DNA from: Candidatus Nanohalarchaeota archaeon
GTDB lineage: Archaea > Nanohalarchaeota > Nanosalinia > Nanosalinales > Nanosalinaceae
Length of the DNA: 64,000 nt
Direction of reading: 5' to 3'
Assembly (NCBI GenBank): GCA_022729235.1
Contig: JALDAJ010000001.1
Span: 832,001-896,000 of the forward strand
Shown here: one piece after another, positions 57,287 through 64,000 of the stretch
Position numbering within the stretch: position 1 is the first letter of the stretch
Layout: each line of letters starts with the position of its first letter
Notes under the pieces: model-generated
The model's input: the letters and a program-made list of their open reading frames with translations, nothing else
Databases searched by the model: none
What the model was told of the DNA's origin: nothing
Translations under genes and position numbers: made by a program

Positions 57287-57309
57287 GAAAAATAGAAAGA
57301 AAAAGAGGT

Positions 57310-57867
57310 TTAGAAGAGGTTTCTGAGCCAGTTGAAGAATGAGCTGAAGACTCCCTGTGTTTCGTCGCCGTTGTCTTCACCGTTTGATCCGTCGTACTCG
57401 TGCTCAATGGTTTCAACTCTTTCACCGTCGTGTTCGACGTGGAGCTGGAACCCTTCATCTGTCTCGAAGCTGGCCTGGTACTCGATAATTCCTACACACT
57501 GCATACATACTTCTCCTTCTTCAAGGTCGCTCTCGGTCACTACGTTCATCGTGTAGACGCCGTATCCTTCGTCAGTCACTTCGTGGTCAACTGTGTAGCA
57601 CGGGTTTGGTGTCTGGATGAAACCAGTGAAGTGGACTCCCATTATTTCTTCATCATCAGGTTCTGTAGTGTATACCCCGTAGTCATCCACTCCTTCTTCC
57701 TCGTTGCTCATACAGGTAGCGTTGACAAGTTCAAGTGAAGCCTGCCAGCCCTGTTCCTGCACTCCAGTGATAGCCGCCTCATCTTCTCCCGGTTCCGGTC
57801 CTCCGACTACTGCGGTGGAGAGACCTACCAGCATCAGGACGGATGCGATGTAGATAAGTTTTCTCAT
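57310..57867 (-). CDS. secreted protein with paired cysteines
   Basis: Signal peptide; TPNPCY...CMQC; amphipathic C-tail. Confidence 0.75.
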   Translation of the reverse strand: MRKLIYIASVLMLVGLSTAVVGGPEPGEDEAAITGVQEQGWQASLELVNATCMSNEEEGVDDYGVYTTEPDDEEIMGVHFTGFIQTPNPCYTVDHEVTDEGYGVYTMNVVTESDLEEGEVCMQCVGIIEYQASFETDEGFQLHVEHDGERVETIEHEYDGSNGEDNGDETQGVFSSFFNWLRNLF

Positions 57868-57911
57868 ATCCCTAAGAAGGAAGATTACAGCTTAAATAAA
57901 GAGATGTAGAT

Positions 57912-57929
57912 GTTCGGATATAACCGAAC
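57912..57929. promoter_or_regulatory. palindromic operator GTTCGG-N6-CCGAAC, copy 2
   Basis: Between the divergent secreted-protein and sulfatase genes. Confidence 0.65.
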
Positions 57930-57976
57930 CTTTATTGTCCGATAGAAAATTAAGATTCCCCTTCACCTTTCAGAAC

Positions 57977-59317
57977 ATGAATGTCCTGGTAATCGATATA
58001 GATTCTCTCCGCCCCGACCACGTAGGATGCTATGGCTATGAGAAAGAGACCACACCAAACATCGACTCGCTCGCGGAGGACGCGGTAGTCTTTGAGAACG
58101 CTTACGCGGCGAGTTCTCCCTCGCTACCGTCCCGCGCCTCCTTCATCTCTGGACGGTATTCTGTGAGCCACGGAGTCGTTTCCCATGGTCCTGAAGCGGA
58201 AAGACTGGAGTCGCCGAAGGTTATGCCCCCGGAAGAGTTGAAAGACTGGGACGGCGACATGAGGGACTGGATGACTCTTCCAGAACTGTTCTTCGAGAAC
58301 CGTGTAAAGACCGCCGCAGTCAGTTCTGAACCGAGGCACCCTGCTTCGTGGATAAACCAGGAGTGGCACGAGTTCTACCAGCCCCAGGAGCCGGAGGGTG
58401 AGATGGAGACTCATGGGACTGTACGGGGTGAAGAGGTAGCTGATTTAGCCGTTGATTTCCTGGAGCGACAGCAGGAGGATTTCTTTCTCTACGTGCAGTT
58501 CTGGGATCCTCACATCCCCTGTAAACGCAGTGATGAGGAGATAGAGAGGTTTATTGATGGGCTTCCGAGCTACCTGGATGCGGAAGAGCTTGAGTTCGGA
58601 GACGGCTGGAACTCTCCTCACGTACTGGATATAGAGAGCTCGGGGGATGTGGAGAGGATAATCGCAGGGTATGATGCGGAGATAAGATATGCTGACAGAC
58701 AGGTCGGACGGCTGGTAGAGAAGCTGAAACAGCAGGGTATCTACGATGAGACAGTTATCGTTCTTGTAGGCGACCACGGTGAAGAGTTCGGGGAGAACGG
58801 TGTCTATCGGGAGCACTGGAGTGTCTACGAGGGTACACAGAGGATACCGATGATAGTGAAGCCTCTAGAAGAGGTGGATGATGAGAGAAAAGATGAGCTG
58901 GTGACGAATATAGATATCGCACCTACCCTTGCCGATTACGCCGGACTGGAGAAGCCGGATAAGTGGCAGGGAAGCTCTCTTAAGCCACTGGTAGAAGATA
59001 AGGCTCGGGAATGGCGTGATTTTGTGGTGGTTGACCACGGGCTCTACACTGTCCAGCGCGCGATTATAACCAGCGATGGCTGGAAACTGGTCAAAACTCT
59101 GCATCCGGGCGCGAGAGATATACCCGGAGAACAGCTGTTTAACCTTGACAGTGACCGGTACGATCAGAATGATGTTTCTGCGGAAGAAACTGGTAGAGTA
59201 GAAGAGCTTGAGGAAAGAATGGCTGACTGGGTCGAAAACAACTGCACGCTTGATAGAGACCCGCTGGAAAGGCTGTCAGAGAAGGGTCCTGTCGCCTACC
59301 GCTACTTCAAGGATTAA
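57977..59317 (+). CDS. sulfatase (Ser-type motif)
   Basis: DIDSLRPDH, TPNID, SLPSRAS, DPH.P, GDHGE; start at MNVLV. Confidence 0.9.
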   Translation: MNVLVIDIDSLRPDHVGCYGYEKETTPNIDSLAEDAVVFENAYAASSPSLPSRASFISGRYSVSHGVVSHGPEAERLESPKVMPPEELKDWDGDMRDWMTLPELFFENRVKTAAVSSEPRHPASWINQEWHEFYQPQEPEGEMETHGTVRGEEVADLAVDFLERQQEDFFLYVQFWDPHIPCKRSDEEIERFIDGLPSYLDAEELEFGDGWNSPHVLDIESSGDVERIIAGYDAEIRYADRQVGRLVEKLKQQGIYDETVIVLVGDHGEEFGENGVYREHWSVYEGTQRIPMIVKPLEEVDDERKDELVTNIDIAPTLADYAGLEKPDKWQGSSLKPLVEDKAREWRDFVVVDHGLYTVQRAIITSDGWKLVKTLHPGARDIPGEQLFNLDSDRYDQNDVSAEETGRVEELEERMADWVENNCTLDRDPLERLSEKGPVAYRYFKD

Positions 59318-59325
59318 GGGGGTTA

Positions 59326-59523
59326 CTAGTCGATTTCTTCTATCCGTTCCTTTATAGCCTGTTCATCCACCTCTATACCTGCCGGTTCCACGTCGGTCTC
59401 ATGCTGTAACCCGTGCTGGTTCGCGTAGTGCATCTGGGCTACACGTATGATTCCCTTCTCGCTGTCGGCTTCTATGACCTCTCCGCAGAGCCGGCACACG
59501 TACCTGTAGGAAGTCATCTCCAA
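59326..59523 (-). CDS. small metal-binding protein (DUF1059-like)
   Basis: CRLCG...H...H pattern. Confidence 0.6.
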   Translation of the reverse strand: MEMTSYRYVCRLCGEVIEADSEKGIIRVAQMHYANQHGLQHETDVEPAGIEVDEQAIKERIEEID

Positions 59524-59651
59524 CAGGCGGATAATGTCTGCCAGGGGTTAAAAGCAAGACTGTACCGCTCCGAAATGTAGCGTCGGCATGCGACTAGCCT
59601 ATAAAAGTAACGGTCTAATCATACAGTATAAAAGAGGATTTGTTTGTACAG

Positions 59652-60785
59652 ATGAGTTTTGAAGAAATCGGAATTTCTAAAGATACAGTTTCCAGGCTTG
59701 AAAAGCAGGGTATAACAGAACCAACGGAGGTCCAGGAGCGGTCAATTCCCAAGATATTCGAGGGATACGATGTCCTGGTGGAGTCGGAGACCGGCTCAGG
59801 TAAGACGCTAGCGTTCTCGCTACCGGTTATCGAAGAAGTCTCCGGCGACGAAACGCAGGCATTGATTCTCTCGCCGACCAGAGAGCTTGCGAAGCAGATA
59901 TCGGAGGAGATAGACCTTGCATCAGGCGACAATGTTGAGACAGTTACTATCTACGGCGGGGTCTCGTACGGTCCGCAGGTACAGGGTGCGAAGACGGCGA
60001 ACATCGTGGTCGGTACGCCGGGGCGTGTGCTTGACCTCCTGAAGCAGAGAAAGCTTGATGTGTCTGGAATCGAGTATTTTGCGCTTGATGAGGCGGACAG
60101 GATGCTGGACATGGGTTTCCAGGATGAACTGGAGGCTATCATCGACTTTCTACCAGACAAGAGACAGAACCTGTTGTTCGGCGCGACCATACCCCGCGAC
60201 CTGAAGGAGCTATGCAAGAAGTATAACATGACCCCGGGTATCATCCGGGTCGAGAGAAAGAAACACACCCGCAACCTGAGCGAGAAATATATCGATACCA
60301 AGAGGGATAAGAAGCTATCAACACTCTATACTTTACTCAAGGACAGGGAGCGCGACCTTTCACTCGTGTTCTGCCGGACCAAGGCTACCACCAGGTGGCT
60401 CGCGGACAAGCTCCGGAAGAACGGTGTTGATGCACAGGAGCTTAACGGTGACATGTCCCAGCACAAGCGTGAAGAGATGATGGAAAGGTTTGAGAACGGA
60501 GAGATAAAGGTGATAGTCGCTACAGATGTCGCGGCTAGAGGTCTCCACGTTGACAACGTCTCCCATGTTTTCAATTACGATGTTCCCGACACATTCGACA
60601 CTTACACCCACAGAATTGGTAGAGCGGGTAGACAGGGAGAAGAAGGAGAGGCAATCACCCTGCTTGAAAGTGATGACCACCGGAAATGGCGGCAGATAAA
60701 GAAAAAGAAGAAGCAGTCAAAGGATGATACAAAGATTGAAAGGATGGACAAGGACCAGCTTGACCTGGAAAAGGTCAGGACCTAG
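59652..60785 (+). CDS. DEAD-box RNA helicase
   Basis: TGSGKT, PTRELA, TPGR, DEAD, ARG, HRIGR.GR. Confidence 0.95.
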   Translation: MSFEEIGISKDTVSRLEKQGITEPTEVQERSIPKIFEGYDVLVESETGSGKTLAFSLPVIEEVSGDETQALILSPTRELAKQISEEIDLASGDNVETVTIYGGVSYGPQVQGAKTANIVVGTPGRVLDLLKQRKLDVSGIEYFALDEADRMLDMGFQDELEAIIDFLPDKRQNLLFGATIPRDLKELCKKYNMTPGIIRVERKKHTRNLSEKYIDTKRDKKLSTLYTLLKDRERDLSLVFCRTKATTRWLADKLRKNGVDAQELNGDMSQHKREEMMERFENGEIKVIVATDVAARGLHVDNVSHVFNYDVPDTFDTYTHRIGRAGRQGEEGEAITLLESDDHRKWRQIKKKKKQSKDDTKIERMDKDQLDLEKVRT

Positions 60786-60815
60786 GTACCGTAAATCTGG
60801 TACTTTTTTACCTTC

Positions 60816-61280
60816 CTACAATGGTGGTGAATACGTTTCTACCAGCTTGTAACCCAGTTCACTAGCCTCGTCCAGTATCGAGTCCATATCCGATGTAGTC
60901 TCGCCTATTTCTCCAGATGCGGTAAAAGGTATGCCGGTTCCATGGGGTCCGAAGTACGTGGGCTCTATTTCACTGTAGGCGTGATCCCTGGCTTCTTCAA
61001 GATTAGCCTGTTCTCCCTCACGTCCAGTTACAGGCATATCCAGCGAAGCACACCAGTCATCTTCGTTCCCATCGAACCTTACTCTCAGGGTAGGAGCCAT
61101 GAATCCGAAATCTCCGTTTAGTATAAGGTATATTTCCGGGGTGTTCTCCTCCTGGTACTGTTCCACCCACTCATCGACCTGGTCGTAGAAAGGTTCTTCT
61201 CCCACACATTGGTTATATCGCCAGTCATTACTTTTATTGAGACTGCAAATTAACTCCCTTACTTCTTCGGAATCGTCCAT
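60816..61280 (-). CDS. hypothetical protein
   Basis: Acidic ORF, likely start MDDSE (track starts 61349). Confidence 0.6.
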   Translation of the reverse strand: MDDSEEVRELICSLNKSNDWRYNQCVGEEPFYDQVDEWVEQYQEENTPEIYLILNGDFGFMAPTLRVRFDGNEDDWCASLDMPVTGREGEQANLEEARDHAYSEIEPTYFGPHGTGIPFTASGEIGETTSDMDSILDEASELGYKLVETYSPPL

Positions 61281-61401
61281 AACTATTGAATCAAGATTAA
61301 AAACGAATAAATATGTGGTCAAGCACACATAATCCTGTTGAGAAATCACCGGTTAAAGCTTTATACACCGGGATAACCGTATTACTTACGTGGAAGCGTA
61401 G

Positions 61402-62403
61402 ATGAACAGGGTAGTAAACGTTGGCGATGACGAGAAGGAGAGTTCTATGGACACGGATATGGAGGAGTTAAAGGAAAGACTCTACAAGAGCATTGGACTG
61501 GCGTTTATTGCCGTTATTTCTCATACAGTTTCTGCTTTCGGTCATATAACTACGGCTGCGATTAAGATATGGCGTATATCTGTGAAGTCCTTGGTTAAAG
61601 CGTCAGGATATGTTTCACAGGCTTTAAAGAGAGTTTCTGGAATACTGCCGGGTAAAATTAGAGAGGTATTCGATAACATAGAAAGAGAGACGGATACAAT
61701 CTTGAGGCTGTCCTCCATCTTTCTAGGAGTTGCTATTCTGTCATTCTCACTGACAGCTTTCCTTGGACTCAATTTTTACTCTTCTATGACCTCGCAGGAA
61801 GCCTACGTCTCTATGGTTAACACAACCCATGATTCCGGGGACACTATCGCCTACGGAGACCGCAGCTGGTACGGGGATACGTGTGATGTATCACGTGTTA
61901 TATCCTCAGTTGAAGTTCCCTGTGACACACTAGCTGGCGGAATGGATTCTGTTATAGGTTACGTCGCGGATCAGAAGGACGTTGACAGGGAGGAAGTACT
62001 GGTTGATGTCGCGGAGAGAGCTTATGCAGACTCAAATATCGCTTCTAAGCATCAAGCCTCTGTTACTCTTATGCCGGGCGCAGTGGCTCTTGCTGCTATC
62101 TCGGCACTGATAATTTCATACCGGTCCCGGAATGTTCTCGAGGTATTCAAGAGAGTGGGTAGCGCCAACATCATCTCAGGTTTCCTGCTGTTCGCGCTGA
62201 AGTCTCTTCTACCATATAATATAGTCGATACCGCTGCACACTACACACTGGGATCTTCAAACGTGGTAGTCCTCGCCAACAGTATCTCCCTAGTTCAACC
62301 CTTCCGAGCCCAGCTCTTTATCCTGGACGTGGTCGCGATATTCCTTACTTTCTCAGGGTCAATCCTTGTACTATCCGCTTACTATCTTGAGCATAAATAC
62401 TAG
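61402..62403 (+). CDS. hypothetical membrane protein
   Basis: Several hydrophobic segments. Confidence 0.65.
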   Translation: MNRVVNVGDDEKESSMDTDMEELKERLYKSIGLAFIAVISHTVSAFGHITTAAIKIWRISVKSLVKASGYVSQALKRVSGILPGKIREVFDNIERETDTILRLSSIFLGVAILSFSLTAFLGLNFYSSMTSQEAYVSMVNTTHDSGDTIAYGDRSWYGDTCDVSRVISSVEVPCDTLAGGMDSVIGYVADQKDVDREEVLVDVAERAYADSNIASKHQASVTLMPGAVALAAISALIISYRSRNVLEVFKRVGSANIISGFLLFALKSLLPYNIVDTAAHYTLGSSNVVVLANSISLVQPFRAQLFILDVVAIFLTFSGSILVLSAYYLEHKY

Positions 62404-62759
62404 CCCTGGCGTCTCATATCCTCCAGTAAGTCCTCTTTCAACTCCTGGTACTCTTCCTCGGTAATCGCATCTTTATCTCTTAGCTCAGCGAGTCGTTCCA
62501 GCTCCGAAAGTTTGCGGTCATCAAGTAGACCTGTATAACCTCCCCATACCGCAACGAGGTAGACGAGCGCGCCCACGAAGTTGAAAACAAGTATCACGAC
62601 CGCCCAGAGAAGCTTTTCTTCCACGCTCATACTTTCTCTTTTCACAAGAAGATCATAGAACGCGTAGACTATTACTGCCAGCGCGGCGATTGATGCTAGC
62701 ACACCTAACAGGGTTATCAATGCAAAAGTGCCTAAAGCAAACATTTCTCCGGGGAACAT
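62400..62759 (-). CDS. PLDc_N-like + SHOCT membrane protein
   Basis: EKLLW...GALVYL; ELERLAELRDKDAITEEEY...K. Confidence 0.8.
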   Translation of the reverse strand: MFPGEMFALGTFALITLLGVLASIAALAVIVYAFYDLLVKRESMSVEEKLLWAVVILVFNFVGALVYLVAVWGGYTGLLDDRKLSELERLAELRDKDAITEEEYQELKEDLLEDMRRQG

Positions 62760-62810
62760 ACAGTAAGTTAGTTCAGCCAGAGTTATAACTTTTAAATCGG
62801 GACAGAGAGG

Positions 62811-63467
62811 TCAGACGGGTTTTCTAAACTCTACTTTCTCCATAAGCCTCCGGATAGCGGATTTGAACACTTCATGAGTCTCCTTGTGATCGTGGATAAG
62901 GATTATGTCTGCTGAATCTGTGTTAAGACCCTTCATGTTTCCCGGTTCGTCCTCATCCATCCGTTCCAGTACTTCTTCCCTGCTGTCGATTTCGTACTCC
63001 TTGACATCGAATGTCCAGAACCAGTCAACTTTGTCTCTGCATTTTTCATCGTACCATCCATACGTGATTCCCGGGAAGCCAGGCTTGCTGTACCCCTGCT
63101 CTCTTAGAAAACTCTGCAGCTCTTCTTCTTTCTCACCGCCCCTGTTACCGAACGGGAACCGGAAGAACTTTCCTGGTCTATCCACTCCTGCTCTCTCATA
63201 GAGCTTATCAATGAGTTCGTCAGTCCTCCTGATCTCTTCCTCCGCCTTCTCCAGACTGATATCTGAGAACTTAGGGTGGCTGTAGGCGTGGTTCCCGATG
63301 ATGAATCCCTCTCTTATCGCCTTGACAACAATCTCTGGTCGTTCCTCAAGGTAGTGCCCCTCGCAGAAGAACACTGCAGGGACATCATTGGAGATAAGAA
63401 GCTCTAGCTTGTCCTCGAATACAGGCGAGGGCGCGTCATCGATTGTCAGGTAAGCGGTCTTTGTCAT
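62811..63467 (-). CDS. polysaccharide deacetylase (NodB family)
   Basis: LTIDDAP, IGNHAYSHP, FRFPFG, ILIHD. Confidence 0.9.
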   Translation of the reverse strand: MTKTAYLTIDDAPSPVFEDKLELLISNDVPAVFFCEGHYLEERPEIVVKAIREGFIIGNHAYSHPKFSDISLEKAEEEIRRTDELIDKLYERAGVDRPGKFFRFPFGNRGGEKEEELQSFLREQGYSKPGFPGITYGWYDEKCRDKVDWFWTFDVKEYEIDSREEVLERMDEDEPGNMKGLNTDSADIILIHDHKETHEVFKSAIRRLMEKVEFRKPV

Positions 63468-63989
63468 TCAAGACAACTCTTTCTCGTAGATTGTGTTCGC
63501 TTCGAAGGCGTTGAAATTTTCTTTCAGCTCGTTTCTGGTTCCTGCGCTGTAGTTATCGAACTCTACGTACAGGAACTTTATCTCAGAGCCGATATCGCGT
63601 TCATCGACTAATCTTTCCTCCTTCCTGTAGTTTTCAGGCAAATCACTCCTGTTCACCTGCAGAAGTATCTTCTCGGGTCGGTAACCGCAGCGCCTGTAAA
63701 ACTCTTCCACATTATCCGCTGTCGCCACACTAACTCTGTCCGAGTAATTCCGTGCCTGTTTTTCAAAGAACTCCAGTATGCTTTTTCCAAATCCTTCTCC
63801 CCGGTAATCCTCTCTGACCGCGATGGATTCAAGTATAACTTCACCGTCTCTCACGGTTCCGGATGCCTCTCCTATCAGTTCTTTACTATCTCTGCATACG
63901 ACAAAAAGCTCCGGCCACTTCTCGTATTTCTCCCTGAACTCTTCAAGTGAATCATCTCTCTCCGTGTACTTCTTCTCGAACTCCAGCAA
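63468..63989 (-). CDS. GNAT acetyltransferase (start may lie beyond the window)
   Basis: IAVREDYRGEGFG; FY..CGY. Confidence 0.85.
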   Translation of the reverse strand: MLEFEKKYTERDDSLEEFREKYEKWPELFVVCRDSKELIGEASGTVRDGEVILESIAVREDYRGEGFGKSILEFFEKQARNYSDRVSVATADNVEEFYRRCGYRPEKILLQVNRSDLPENYRKEERLVDERDIGSEIKFLYVEFDNYSAGTRNELKENFNAFEANTIYEKELS

Positions 63990-64000
63990 TTTCTCGAGTT

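Overview
Archaeal DNA with a strongly acidic (halophilic) proteome; most consistent with a nanohaloarchaeon (DPANN), which is inference only. The left half (~594-31911) is accessory DNA at the 3' end of an intron-containing tRNA-Thr(GGT). It contains a ~29 kb integrative element (2955-31911) whose ends share the AGCCCC core of the tRNA 3' end and a perfect 14-bp inverted repeat. The element carries a tRNA-proximal tyrosine integrase, RadC, a wHTH-MCM helicase, a second tyrosine recombinase and a defence-like block (GmrSD, IIG-like N6-MTase, PLD-SNF2 helicase, PUA/ASCH protein, an unknown pair, an atypical histone, NurA-HerA, a TraB-like protein). Left of the element are two further att-like sites (594, 1394) with the same core and arm spacing. 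They bracket single-gene units of 800 bp and 1561 bp, which looks like a tRNA-anchored gene-cassette array. This is the main candidate for an undescribed system. The right half is core genome: rpl40e, tRNA-Asp with intron, dph2, rpl10e, a sugar-nucleotide cluster, a short histone, MBF1, ROK kinase, hisS, ychF, sulfatase and a DEAD-box helicase, interspersed with orphan genes. It also holds several ~60-80 nt three-hairpin elements and a palindromic operator shared by two promoters. All calls come from motif reading by eye; no searches were run.
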